DNA from: Dendrobates tinctorius
Taxonomy: Eukaryota
DNA length: 64,000 nt
NCBI RefSeq assembly: GCF_039654945.1
Contig: NW_027361703.1
Location: forward strand, 51,460,001 to 51,524,000
Reading direction: 5' to 3'
Part shown: positions 12,857-26,996 of the stretch, one piece after another
Position numbering within the stretch: position 1 is the first letter of the stretch
Layout: every line of letters starts with the position of its first letter
Made by a program: the position numbers and the translations under genes
Notes under the pieces: model-generated
Told to the model about the DNA's origin: nothing
What the model saw: the letters and a program-made list of their open reading frames with translations, nothing else
The model's database searches: none

Positions 12857-15455
12857 TAGTTTCATTGAAAAATATTGTGTATAACCTGCATAATATGGAT
12901 TTAAATCCCTGCTCATTTAAAGAGGTTATCTAAACTTCAACATTTAAAATAAAAAATAAACAGATGCAAATGGTTTAAAAAAATGAATGCTCATCTCTTA
13001 TTCCTACTGATGAATATCCATGAGCCGTCAGTTCAATAAATATTCACAAATAGTATTCAGGATGATCATAATGAGTTACTATATGTGATGAAAATAAACC
13101 TCACTTAATGCAAGATATATATATCACATCATTTCGCAGTAATTAGAAAAAAAAATAATGTCAGATGTTCTTTAATCTATCCACCTCTACTTTTCTTTTC
13201 TTTAATAAGCTACCATTTGCAGTATACAAAATTTAGTAACATTGGAATTTGATTGTTACATATAAGCCTAATGCCACAAAATTAACAAATATTTTGGGTT
13301 AAATTATTAAATGTATACTAGAGAGACTGGAAATTATTAATATACATGCTTGCCAGGTACTTCTCACTTCCAGAACTTTCACAACACTAAAATGCTAGTA
13401 AGTGCTGGTAAGAAAGAAAAAAAAAAGTCATTTCAAATTCCACATTGTGTGAAAGATTTTTCCTTGCAAAAGTATTATATGTCTCACCTATTGCTCTCCT
13501 TTCCTAGCAAATTCATATCTTCACAGTCAGTTTGCAGACTGACCCTTCACTCCTCTGAATATTCAAAATAGTCTTATGCCTAACCCAAGCATTTTGGTTT
13601 TTTTTCTTATTGTATTAGCCTTTCACCTTTCCTGGAAGCAATTCCATTAATCTACTGCCCTTTATTTAAATGAGCTGTAGTTTCCCAGACTTCCTACAAA
13701 ATCTTATGTATATAATTTAAGAATGTAATTGACTTCTAAATGCAACTATGTCGGCGACAAATATTTGTTTTATCCGTTGCTCCATAATTAGATAACAGAT
13801 TTATTTATTAATTATGCTGATAAATGTAATAAATGAAAGAAATATATTGGTTATCTACATTTCCACTCTGTCCTTCAAATCCATATAATGGACAATATTT
13901 ATTCACTGTTTTAGTTTTTTATTATATTTTTTCTTATTTTAGACCTTTATTCAATGTATATTCAAACTTCAACATTTAAGGTCAAAATTTAAGGTTACCC
14001 TTCTCGTCGTGAAGTTGCACGTTGATATGTTTTAAAACTCAAAGAAATTGTCTGTTCCTTCTCTTTTCAATTATGTCAATATTGTACAACACTTTTAGGC
14101 TTTAAATATGGGACATAGTTCTGATCTGTCCTAAGTTTTCTGATGGGCATGTAACCATTTAGTTACTGACATCAGATCATATTTCATACTGTGCAAGATT
14201 GATTCAATCAACCATATCTCCTTACAAACATGGGAAGTGAAGGCTTCTAATACTCTGGCTGACAGGGAGACCAGAAGCAGGGGTAAGGAGGAACGTTTTA
14301 GCTGTCTGAGGGATGAAAAAACAGCTGAGCTTATAAGAAGAAGATTACACACAGTCAGGGCACATAACTTATTGCAGCTCCATTAGATAACGGTGGACCA
14401 ACAAACTCGAAGAACTGTTTTGACTTAAGGAACTTGCAGACACATCCCAGCACTCAGTTCCCCAACTCCAGAGTATTTAATGCATGCATCATTTACTTTA
14501 GCCATCAATATTGATAATTAATTAAAGCATGTCTTACCTTTTGGTTATATCCCCACCCAACCTTTTCCAAGGCGTGCACACAGACACAAACGTGCACGCA
14601 CCACACACACACGCCTGCAAACGGACTGTATAAGTAATTTTCCATATTTATCAACTTAAGGCAATTTGTATCATTCTGCAATGTGATTTCTATCAAAATA
14701 AAAATTATTAGTGAAACTCTTATGAATGAAAAGTGGGCAAGAGAAAATTATCCAGTGATTGGGATGACTCTCCTTTTTAAGGTACAGTAAATAGTGTTGA
14801 CCAGATAAGTTTTAACAAAAAATAAACAATATTCTAATGTTTCATAGCATACAGGAACATACTGCACATAATCTAGCTGTGAGTGTTCCATGAATTCTCT
14901 ATTAATCCATGGCTTCATAATTCTTAGAAATGTAGTAAAAAGGATAAAATGTTTTAAACACTTATGTGGCTCCAATAAAGCATAAATGGCATGTGAATTA
15001 GCCCCTTATGAAGGAACACAATGGCTACGGAATTATGGCACTTCCTTGAAAGGGGGTTGTCTTATTCAATTTTAATGAGTGAATTGGGGTCTTCTGATTG
15101 GTTAACAATTTGTTCTTGCGGCATTGTTGTGCCACTGGTCCAAGCAGTGCACTTTTTAGATGCAGTTTTGCCTTTGCAGCATCAGAAAAGAGCAGAAGCA
15201 CTGAAGCAGGCTAGGTCCATTGATCTGGCTAACATCAAAGCAGTAATTGCAAGCTTGAAGGCAATGCATGCCTTGCCTAGGAGACTAGCCCCCTATAGAC
15301 TACAGCTGTGGCTGGTCACCTAGGCAATGAGTTGTAAATGGTACTATGGAAAATGTTCCCACTCTTTACAACTGAGAAGACTGGCAATTGCAAAGTTACT
15401 TGTTTTTAGAAGTGCATTACAATTCCCCTTTAAGATGATGAGACGCTCCTTTTAA

Positions 15456-16616
15456 CCCCTTTACAACATCGAGCGTATATTTATGCCAATGTTGTACTCC
15501 CTCCCTTTGATGTGGGTTCTGGTGGTGAGCCCACATATTTCCCAGGACATGTCAGCTGTTTTGAACAGCTGACATGTGCCCGCAATAGCCACTGGTGGAA
15601 TTGCTATTAAATAGTTAAATGCCACTGTCAAACACTGACAGCAGCATTTAAATAGCACTTCCGGCAATTGAGCCAGAAATATGCACACCAATGACCCCAT
15701 AACGTGATCGCGAGTCACCGATGTGTCGGCATGACATATCGAGGTCTCTTGGAGACCTCTATGGTTGTCAATGCTGGATTGCTGTGAGCAACACCCTGTG
15801 GTCGGCGCTCATAGCAAGTCAGCAATTCTACTACATAGAGGTGATCTGACTATCACCTATATGTAGCAGAGCCGATCGGGTTGTGCCAGCCTCTAGTCTC
15901 CTATGGAGACTATTGAAGTATGGCAAAAGTAGAAAAAAGTGCTTAAAAATATAAAAAAATAAAAGTTCAACTTACCCCCCTTTCACCCCATTCAAAATAA
16001 AACAATAAAAATAAAATCAAACACACACATATTTGGAATTACCGCAATCAGAATCGCCCAATCTATTAGTAAAAAATGGATTATCCTGATCGCTAAACGG
16101 CATGGCGAGAAAAAAAGTAAAAACTCCAGAATTACGTACTTTTGGTTGCTGCGGCATTGCATTAAAATAAGCCCTCATGAACCTGAGATCATGAAAAATG
16201 GGGACGCTATGGGTCTCGGAAAATGATGCAATTTTTTTTAGCAAAGTTTGGAATTTTTTTCACCACTTAGATAAAAAAGAACCTAGAAATTTTTGGTGTT
16301 TAAGAACTCATAATGACCTGGAGAATCATAATGGCAGGTCAGTTTTACCATTTAGTGAACCTAGCAAAAAAGCCAAACCAAAAACAAGTGTGGGATTGCA
16401 CTTTAATTGCAATTTCACCGCACTTGGAATTTTTTCCTGCTTTTTAGTTCATAACATGGTAAAGCCAATGGTTTCATTCAGAAGTAAATCTCGTTCCACA
16501 AAAAATAAGCCCTCAGACGGCTATATTGACGGAAAAATATAAAAGTTATGGCTCTGGGAAGGAGGGGAGCGAAGAACGAAAACACAGAAATGAAAAAAGA
16601 TCCGGGGGTTAAGGGG
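15456..16616 (+). mobile_element. Non-autonomous piggyBac-like TTAA element
   Basis: TTAA-CCCCTT ... AAGGGG-TTAA termini; body is similar to the copies at ~22900-23819 and ~32188-33260. Confidence 0.7.
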
Positions 16617-17802
16617 TTAATAGACACGTTATCTCTCCCTTCAAACCAAATGAAAATCCCATTAAGACTAATGTAAATTATATAACTACTATAATTCAGC
16701 ATTTGGGAGGCTCAGCTCCATCGATGTGATCCTTTTCACATTGATTGTTACTGTCAAAATACTTTTTTTTAATTATCTGGATTATTCTGCTTGCAAAAAA
16801 GGAACAGTCCGTATTTCTCAGAGCAATTTCTTGAAAACCCTTGAACTGTCGGAGAACAAATAAGATACAAAAATAATCCATACTTCAATGAATAAAAAGT
16901 TACAGCAATATGCATCTTTTATCATTCCAAACTGAATAGGTAATATTGATTGGCCTTTTTTAATTATTCTTTTTCTTTTTTTATTTTTACAAAAGATCAT
17001 AATGTGGACAATTGAATTACAGAAACCTGTGGATTCCGTTTCCTAATGACAGGAACTGAAAGTAGGTTCAATCGTTATACAAACCAGCTAAGGTGAGGAA
17101 GTACTTAATGTGAAATGTCTTAACATGAACAAGTTGAGGCAAACAATAGCTGAAAAATTCATTGCCTAAATGCTATGCAAAGCAGAATAAGGCAATTTTT
17201 AGTACTGCTGAGTTCAAGTCTTTATGCTCCATAAAACTTTAATTAAAAATGAAGAATACTAACTGCTCTGAGAAATGCCATGATATTGAAAGGATTTTTT
17301 TAGGTAAAATTAACCTAAAGATTTCCTGTATTCATAAAACATCTATACAACCTATTAAGAAATTATCTACATCTTTCATAAAATAAATGAAAGCTCATTT
17401 GCATTTGGGCCTTGAAGTATTTTCTTTCTTTCCTACTGGTGGTTGAGCTCAGCAGATTATAAAGGTTATATCACATAAGGAAGCAATTTGCCCTCCCACT
17501 ACATAGCATTCAAAAAAGGCAATAGGTAGCTAGAGAAAGAAAGAATGGCTCCATAGAGAGAGATGAAATGTGGTTGGCTTGGGTGATGATGAAAGGATTC
17601 TTATTTTTTTTTCACCTTGGATGTGCTTCTTTAGTTTTTGGATTTTTTTGTCATTAGAATATAGGATATTGAACTAGTACATTTGGAGGAGTTTTGCACT
17701 CAACTAAACTTTGCTGCTATTTTTTTGGGGAATAGAAAAATAGATATGTAGTTAGATAGGCCGATAAATAGGTAGATAGACAGAAAACTTAGATCTGTTA
17801 CT

Positions 17803-17804
<2 letters not shown>

Positions 17805-17841
<37 letters not shown>

Positions 17842-18102
17842 ATAGAAAAACAGACAGCAGCGCAAACTTGAGCAGATTTTGGGTGCAATAGTCCTGAATA
17901 ATGCGGTTGTCCAACGCAAAAATATAAATAGGAAAAAAAACAGGCAGCACTCCAGTTACAGGAAAAATGTGGACTTTAATCCAGCACCAAGTGGTGCAAC
18001 GTTTTGACCACACAGCACGGTCTTTGTCAATCAGATAGATAGATAGATAGAAAACTTAGATCTAGATAGATAGATAGATAGATTGATAGATAGATAGATA
18101 GA
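17805..18102. repeat. (GATA)n microsatellite interrupted by a ~190-bp insertion
   Basis: AGAT runs at 17805-17840 and 18032-18102; ACTTAGATCT unit repeated. Confidence 0.8.
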
Positions 18103-18178
18103 CAGAAAACTTAGATCTGTTACTCTGCTTTCAGCAACAAACACCAGGAGAGTGTCTACAACTCTTGCAAATGGCCAT

Positions 18179-18378
18179 CAGGGTTGCCAACTTAACATAT
18201 TTTTTATGGACAGCTTATCAAAGATTGTGGACAGACACTATATTTGATATGATGATAATTACAGTGAAAATAGTCTGTACAAACGTATTCAACTTTAAAA
18301 AAAAATCGTGTAGACCTCAGATCTCAGTGACCTTTTTAACAGACTGTCCTGGAATTTCTGGATGGTTGGCAAACCCTG
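18179..18378. mobile_element. hAT-like MITE (200 bp)
   Basis: TIR CAGGGTTGCCAAC / GTTGGCAAACCCTG; 8-bp TSD ATGGCCAT / ATGCCCAT (7/8 match). Confidence 0.7.
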
Positions 18379-19783
18379 ATGCCCATACCTTTTGCTAGGC
18401 AACTGAACATTCATTCTCTTGCTCCAGCTCCTGACTTCCAACATTGTCCTGCTGGTTCAGTCTGTGACTCACTTGATAGGTCTCAATAACAACCAGCTTG
18501 GCAACAAGCACCGAAAGATTCCATCAGTCCAGTTGCCAATTCAATGGGGAATCATTTTGCCATTTATTGCCTTGCGACTGAGGTATATAACTTCCCTGGC
18601 TCTTGTTAGTTTCTCATGCTATTAACTGTACTGCTTGCTCCTGATCCTGACATCTGCCTTCTCCCTGAACACACTCCCTTGTCCTTTAGTTTTTCTCTTG
18701 GAGACGGCCCTTAGAGTCCTTCCTGTCAATGCCACTATTCCATATCAGTTAAAACTAACAGTCCATAAGCACTGACATGGGGGGTGGTGGTGAGATGATT
18801 CCACATGAAACAGCTTTTTATTATCATTTTTGTAATGGAATTTCATTTTGATCTTTTATTTTTTTAATGAAACGGAGATCTTCCATTCAGTTTATTTTTT
18901 ACATCTCCAGTGCATGCTCTCTATCAACTCGAGCTGAGAATTGAAATGCTTATTTTGGATTTGGCCACACTAAGGAAATATTATGTCCCTGCCTGTCCCA
19001 CGAGTCCATTGATTGGAATTGCATGCTTATTAAATATCTTACGACTATTCCATATATTTAAGATCTTCCTAAAATGCAATCATCAGTAAGTACCATGTGA
19101 GACTTAACACCTGTACTGCTTTAGAAAAATGTTCTACACCACACAATCCACTTAATTAACCTTTTGTAAATTAGAATATTCCAGTTGTACTGTGTTTTCA
19201 GATATTTTTACTTGACCTGGATTTTACAAATGTCGCTTCCGCCGTTCTGATTTATCGCTCCTATGAATATTAACAACTCCAAAACCTTAGAGCAGGAATA
19301 AATAATTGCACTTTGAGTTGATGACATAGCTAACCACTTGTTCTTTGTTGTTTGCTTCTGGAAGATACTTTTTAAGATTTTAGTTCTAAACAGCACTAAT
19401 TGTATTCTTTTGTTCACATTTCAAAGCTAATTTACACAAAGTAATTCTTCTGATGCTATTTGTGTTTTATTCTTCAGACATAGCAAAACAATCTAAGGCT
19501 CAGCTTCCAGTATTTAGCCTAACTTGGCCATTTTGCTGTAAAAAATAAAAGGAAGCACAAAACCTATGCAATAAAATAGGAAATCTTTTGGTAACTTTCA
19601 ATCAATACTGAAAGATAGCCTTAAAGGGGATTTCCTTTTCATGAGTACTTTCTTGATGCATCTGAAAAAAACGAAAAAATACATAAAAAACTGATCCCTA
19701 ATGGTTTCTCTGCCCTAAAATATATTCTAGTCTCTTTTTCAAAAACTTTTTGTACAAAGAATGGTATATATACATATGATGAG

Positions 19784-20094
19784 TAGAGTTGAGCGACTTT
19801 GGTCGGATCGGGTTTCATGAAACAAAATTTGTTTCAGATGAAACTGGTCCGACTAGGGCAAAAAAAGTCGGAGTTTTGTCCGAAACCCGACCCCAATGCA
19901 AGTCAATGGGGAATAAAAGTCGGCATTGAGTGGATGAATGTCATGCGCTCAATGCCGACTTTTATTCCCCATTGACTTGCATTGGGGTCGGGTTTCAGTC
20001 GAAACTCTGACTTTTTTTGCCCTAGTCGGACCAGTTTCATCTGAAACAAATTTTGTTTCATGAAACCCTATCCGACCAAAGTCGCTCAACTCTA
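19784..20094. mobile_element. Palindromic hAT-type MITE (311 bp)
   Basis: About 145-bp inverted arms starting TAGAGTTGAGCGAC; perfect 8-bp TSD ATGATGAG (19776-19783, 20095-20102). Confidence 0.85.
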
Positions 20095-20969
20095 ATGATG
20101 AGTTAATGTATTTAGAGACCGTAGCAATAAGAATGAAGCTCTATGAATGAGTAGTGTATGGCGGCACATAGAGCCCGGTGGGTCAATACTGGTGCCTCAT
20201 AGGCATATCCCAAAAAGGAACTAAGCAAATATAGCCCAACTGAAAGGTATTTATTCATGCTTTTGTATATAAATATTATGTCCTTATACAATAATGATGT
20301 CTTCATTTTTGGGGACTTGTATGTGAACTGTCAGGACCTTGGACAGTGACTCCTTTATACCCTCTTGTTCTCATACTGACATCGCTGGCACCTTTGAAAT
20401 TGGTGTGGCCCCTATATAAAATTGTTACTGATAAGTAAAGTATATTCCCAAACTACTGATTCCAGGTTATGACTATAAATCACATAGATCTCCAAATCAT
20501 TTTTGTGCTTGTACACTTGCATTTCCATCTGAGGACAACTCATTAGTACATATTTTCCACTTGTTATTGAAATTTATATTCATACAATTATAGATTTAAT
20601 AATACATTTTATAACATTAATAATAATAGTAATAATAAGAACATTAATTGTGTTGAGTTATTAGGAAAATCACACAAACAATAGTGACAAAATAATAACA
20701 TTTTACATCATATCCAATAAAGTGTGACTCCAACTATCTAATATGGTCATATCATTTACTGTATCCAGATTATTTAATTCATATAAGCTTTTTTGGCCTT
20801 CTCTGTCACTGTGTGGTCATTTTAAGATGGATCTGAATAGAAACCTTTTGGATCCAAGTGTATTGGTCTCCAGTCCACTTAAAGATTTCCAAGCTTAAAA
20901 GGAATCAGTTCTTTGAATGTGAAATTCTGTATAACCCTGCCCTCAAAACTGATTGGCAGCTTTCTGTGT

Positions 20970-21192
20970 AGAAAGGAGAAATTATCCAGCTCCACACGAA
21001 TTTCGATTTTAAGGATTTATTCCAATGAAGACAATATTGGTCAGCTCCAGGACTGCATCAGTTCACACAGGAGCGATATTTGATGTCGCTCCTGTGTGAG
21101 CTGATGCAGTCCTTGAGCTGATCTATATTGTCTTCATTGGAATAAATCCTTAAAATCGAAATTTGTGTGGAGCTGGATAATTTCTCCTTTCT
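20970..21192. repeat. Near-perfect ~223-bp palindrome inserted in a degraded TTAA (Kolobok/T2-like) MITE
   Basis: Arms AGAAAGGAGAAATTATCCAGCTCCAC... / ...GTGGAGCTGGATAATTTCTCCTTTCT centred at ~21081; the insertion is flanked by duplicated CAGCTTTCTGTGTA (20957-20970, 21270-21283). Confidence 0.85.
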
Positions 21193-22899
21193 TCGTTGAA
21201 TCAACCATTGCAGGATGGTGATCCGTGCTCCTATGGAAGTCAGTGAGCTGGCTTACACTGTTTGAATGACAGCTTTCTGTGTACACTGCATAGGCAGAAA
21301 GCTTCTAATTAGTGGTGGGGTGGAGTTACACAGAGCAAGAGGATGAAATGGCATGAGACAACTAGTCCTGTAGTGATAATCTCCTGCTAATAAAACAGTG
21401 GTATAATTGAGATTACAATAAGCAGCACTAGTGAGAGGCACATCACTGGTATCAGTGTGTCTGTCCCTCCAACATGCTGCTCTCAGATTAAAAAGCAAAA
21501 ACCTGCTGACAGATTCTCTTTAAGGAAATTGAAACTGCTTATGGCTATGCTTGAAATTTTCTTGCTTATAGGCATCATTATTGGGTTTTCTTGTGCATAG
21601 GTGTAGTAGAACCTATCAGGCATTTAACCTTTCTTTTGAAAGAATGAATTTAACATAAAAGTTGTGTACAGGACAATTGCTAATTCATCAAACTGAATTC
21701 TATTGTTAACAAGCATATATTACTATTTTTTTGTTTTTCTCACCTTTGTACTTTTACAGATTTCAAAATAAACACTATCTGTGCTGCAGTCGGATAAATA
21801 AAGCACTTTTTGTGCGACTTAACACAAGCTTCGGCAGCGTATCTTTGTAAATGCCATCTATTCTCTGTGCTACTAATGAACCCAAACAATGAAATGCTTT
21901 AGGAATCTTCTTAGCATATTAGTGCAGGATGGATTACCATAACTCCATTTACAACTTTAGATGAATACATTACACATCTCATTTAAACATTATAATAAGT
22001 TCACAGAGATATGCACTCTCTCACAAAATGGCGCATATCTGATAAATTGCAACATTCTCCCAGGGCAAAAAATGACTTGTTCTGTGCATGAGGAACTCAA
22101 AGCACATAATCCATATTAAAATAGATACTGTACAGTCTACTTGCTGTAGCCCAGGGTCTTTGAACAATCAGCCTGATATCATAGTCTGTAACGTATGAAA
22201 GGATAGATTCATTTTAGTTTTTTGTTAGAACAGGATTGATTATTATGTTACTCTCTAATATTAACATTAGTATTTCTGTTTTCCTTCTTTACCAAATCGT
22301 TCCTTTTATGTATGATACTACAAATGTATAAGGAACGCCATCAGTAATGCTGATATGTGTCAAGAGAGCTCAGGATTAGGACATACTTTGATGGTATACC
22401 ACTAGTGATGAGCGAGTGTGCTCACTACTGCTTGATACTCTGCATCCGAGCACCCCGATGCTCGGCGCTCATTACTCCATTGAATATTGCAGATGCTCAA
22501 GCACATCCATAAATCCCAGCCCCGCACAGTTTGCTGCTTTTAGACAGCCAATAAACATGTGGGTATTGTCTGCCATACAAGACAATGCCATAAACATGTT
22601 GGCTACTGGCATTATTGTGATTGAGCGGCTTAATCACGTCATCGGGTCTTATATAATGCCCTGTGATGTGATGCTCGGCACACTCTCCTCTGAAAACAGT
22701 TCAGGGAGAGTTATTCTATGAGATTAGAACAGGCATATAGGCAGTGTATAATTACCATTTCTGTACTTGTATACCGCTGCAGCATCATTAAAACAGAAGT
22801 CATTTTCAGGGCTACACACATCCTACACCATATCAACAGGGTCATCATGCTGCCCTTGCTCCAATTTTAACATGCACATACAGGAAGCACGTTATTATC

Positions 22900-24164
22900 T
22901 CCTCCCATCGGCGCCCGTGTAATATGACCGTGGGTCGACAATGGGTTGGCATGACAAATCGGGGTCAGCAGCAGAACCCTGTGATTGTCATTGCTGGATC
23001 GCTATAAGTGCCATCTGGTGGTCGCCGCTCATAGCAAGTGAGCTACTAGCTACTTAGAACAGAGCTGCAACCCTGCTTTATGTAGCAAAGGTGATCGGAC
23101 AACTGCAACTTCTAGTCTCCCATGGAGACTATTGAAGAAAGCAAAACGTAAAAATAAATAAATTTAAAAACTCAAATTAAATATACACATATATGGTGTG
23201 GCCGCATTCAGAATTGCCCGATCTATCAATATATAAAAAAGAATTAACGCCAGAATTACATTTCTTTGGTCGTTGCACCATTACAACAAAATGCAATAAC
23301 AAGCTATCAAAAGATCGCATGTACACCAAAATGGTATCAATAAAAACTCCAGATTGGCGTGCAAAAAATAGGCCCTCATATAGCCTCAGATCCCAAAAAA
23401 TAGAGACGCTATGGTGTCTCTGAAAATGGCAACTTTTTTTTTTTTTTTACAAACTTTGGAATTTTTTTCACCACTTGCATAAAAAAGAACCAGACATGTT
23501 TGGTGTCTATGAACTCATTATAACCTGGAGAATCATAATGGCAGGTCAGTTTTAGCATTTAGTGAACCTAGTAAAAAAGTCAAACAAAAAACAAGTGTGG
23601 GATTGCACTTTTTTTTGCAATTTCACTGCATTTGGAATTTTTTCCCGTTTTCTAGTACACATGGTAAAGCAAAGGTGTCATTCAAAAGTACAACTCTTCC
23701 GCAAAAACAAGCCATCACATGGCCATTTTGACCAAAAAAATAAAAAAGCTATGGCTCTGGGAAGAAGGGGAGCAAAAAATGAAAATGCAAAACCAAAAAT
23801 ACCTCTGGCTATTAAGGGGTTAATTGGTGAAAAAAATCCAAACTTTGGTTCAAAAAATAGCAATCTTGCAATGACAACCACAGAGGTCTGCTTCAGACCT
23901 TTGGTTGTTATACCTACCGATAGGTGACCCGTGATCATATGACGGGGTCACCGATGGGCAGGTTTCATGACGTGCTTATCAAAATGACAGTGGCATTTAA
24001 CTATTTAACAGCCGTTGCAATTCCACCCAAGGCTGTGCAGGCACATGTCAGCTGTATATATCAGCTAACATATGTCTGGAAAGATGTGGGCTCAGCGCTG
24101 GAGCCTGCACCAAACAGGTGGAGTCTGACATCGGTGTACTAATATACCCAATGTCGGAAACGGG
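22900..24164. mobile_element. Rearranged piggyBac-like TTAA element pieces
   Basis: Plus-strand copy ending AAGGGG-TTAA at 23819-23823, followed by an inverted copy of the 5' portion ending GGG-TTAA at 24164-24168; similar to 15456-16616. Confidence 0.6.
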
Positions 24165-24246
24165 TTAAAGAAAAATCAATGAAAAAGTAAAAACCATGTG
24201 CATATACCAACAACAAAGAATGTAATTAAATATGTTTTCCTCATTC

Positions 24247-24282
<36 letters not shown>

Positions 24283-26996
24283 ACCGATAGATTGATTTGA
24301 CTCTCTATATATAAATCCCTACAGTGAAGGAAATTAGACAGGGAGCTCAAAAAATTGATACAAATGGATATACTCTCTGCAATATAGTGGTGCATATAAA
24401 TGAAAAAAAATCTTATATGTCCATCATGCTATATATTGTTTGACTTGTATGGCTAAGGCTACTTTCACACTTGCGTTTTTTTGCACTGCACTTCGTGCAC
24501 AGTGCAAACGTATCATGCGTTTTTTAATGCGTTTTCTTGTTTATTGTGCATGGTTTTTGCAAAAAATTGCATGCATTTTTTGCGCTGATGTGTGCACGTC
24601 ATGCGCACATCAGTGCTCCCATAGAATTTAATGGGTTTTGGGTGAATTTCGTGCACATTGCGTGCGCATGCTTTTTTTTGAGACAGGTCGGATGCACAAA
24701 AAAGCAACAGGATGCATTTTGTGCGCCCGGGCGCACACTACAAAACAAACGTGAACAAACGCATGACAATGTGCACCCATGTTAAATACAGGAAAAAACG
24801 CATGGGAAACATTGAATCCATATTAGTTTTCAGTAGAAAATCTTCATCGTAGGCCATTACTACAATAAACAGCGTGTAATGATAAAGGCAAGTGCATTTT
24901 CCTCACATTTTATAAAAATGAAAAAATGAAGAAACCCTTAAATGTAGTAAGATAAGGTTAACAGCCTGGAAGCTGTTACATGGAGAAGTAGCCAAAAGTG
25001 AACAACTGCTCTTGCATATAAATATTTAACAGGCAGTGAAGAGGAATATATATCTCATGGGCACAGAAATAAGTCACTCAGAAAACATTCTAGGAAACAA
25101 ACTGCAGCCTCTCCAATGTCAAGCTGGGTTATGGCACAAAGCTTTGACTAAAAAGCTGAACTAATTGTTGTTACTTTTGTTGTTAAAGATGTTGTATTTC
25201 TCGCACATTGGCTAGAACCCTTGACCTGACAACTGTTGTGTGAAGAGCGGCTAAGATAGTTAAGACCTGCACAGAACAAGTCAAATGATCATTTACTAAG
25301 TGGTGCATGGATAAAATGGGAAAGAGAAGCATACGGCGTGCGACTCATCATTTCCATTTACTGGACTCATATTGGACCTGACCAAAGTTATGTGTAAATA
25401 AGCAATTCCTCCAGTTTCTAATGAGTCTAATGGACCATCATGTAAACTGGATTGTTGGATGGAGAGAAAAAAAAAGGATATTTATATGAAGCGAGAAACT
25501 GCATGAGGTCCATTAGAGGTAAACTCTTCTAATTCTTTAATTATAACTTTCTAAGCAACGGGAACTCATATGGAAAGAAACTGCAATTCAGAATGATAAT
25601 GATCTTATCTTCTATTTCGGTGTCTAAGGTAAAGACAATGCTAACGATGTGATGATTCAGATTGCCTAAAGATAGGATTCCGACGGGTGGACACATAAAC
25701 AATATAACATATCTACTAACTTGACAGCTAACACATACAGCTATTTTTTTAGCATTTCATTTGTAAATATTAATGTTATGTATTTTATCAAAACCCAAGA
25801 AATGAGCCGAGACATAAGTTGGTATAAATGCAGTGTGTAGGAGCACGATAACACTATGGCCATTTAACAGACAAAACCTAAGAAAATACAAAATGAGCAA
25901 ATACCCTGTAGTGAGTAAATAAGTACATTTGTAATAGTACTTGTAAATTACATAGGGTAACTATTTTGGCTTAAAAAAGTGTAAAAGTCATCCCACCACG
26001 GCAGGGTGCACCCAACCGGGATAGTCCTATACTGTCTCTAGAATTAAAACCTTACCATGTGTCAGCTGATCTCAATGTAGATGAGAACAGAGCAGGATCC
26101 AGGCCTGCCAGTCGAACCTTGGTCCAGCTCTACCCCGATCTTTGTTTCTTATGTATTTTGTGATCAGGTTGTATTTCAATCTGACAAAAAATAGATTAGA
26201 GCACTGATTTTTATTTTAGACAAAAAAAAAAAAAAAATTCCTGTGTTAATATTGTTGAAGGTTGATTGCAAAAATGTATATATCTTGTATCAAGAAAAAA
26301 ATTCCACTGGTGAAAATCTAGCATCTGGCTTTCTACACATTGTGGCGCTAAAGCTATTTCTTTTTTCTGTATCATAGCCAGAAAAGCAGACAGTCATCTA
26401 GATCGATGCTAAATGTTAAAATATACTAGATGTAAATGATGTATAAAAATGATTGGGGGAAAAAAACAATAGCTATAAATGGATAACATAATGAACCTGT
26501 CAGTCAAATACTTATATACTCTAATTTATGAAAAATCCATAATTAGAAAATGAAAAATTCAACCACTCATCAGTTCTCATATCTTTCTGCATTTTCCGTC
26601 TCTTGTATGCAGATATATGTTAGAATTATTTCATTTGGTTATGCAATTTGAATGTCTGCATACTGCTTAGCAACATGTTTGTTGCTTAGCAACAAAAGAA
26701 CAGTATTTTGGATCAGGAATTGCAATGTAGTATAAGGATAAGAATGTAAAGATTCAGCTATGTTATCTACATTGTTTTAAAATGTAAGTGAGATCATTTT
26801 TAGACTATATCCTATAAATATCTGGAATGATGGAAATAGGGAAATAGATATATACTGTAACTCAGAGAGATAAAAGACCGCATTCAACAGTAGAACATAT
26901 CATATATCAGTAAATACAAAAATCAAGACAAAAATAGACTAATTGTAAAGTGCTAAAGATATTCAACTCTAGGATATATATATATATATATATATA

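Noticed and set aside
21730-21810. Splice-acceptor-like polypyrimidine/AG followed by AATAAA (possible terminal exon)
   Set aside because: No coding frame or other exons support it; such motifs are common in AT-rich DNA.
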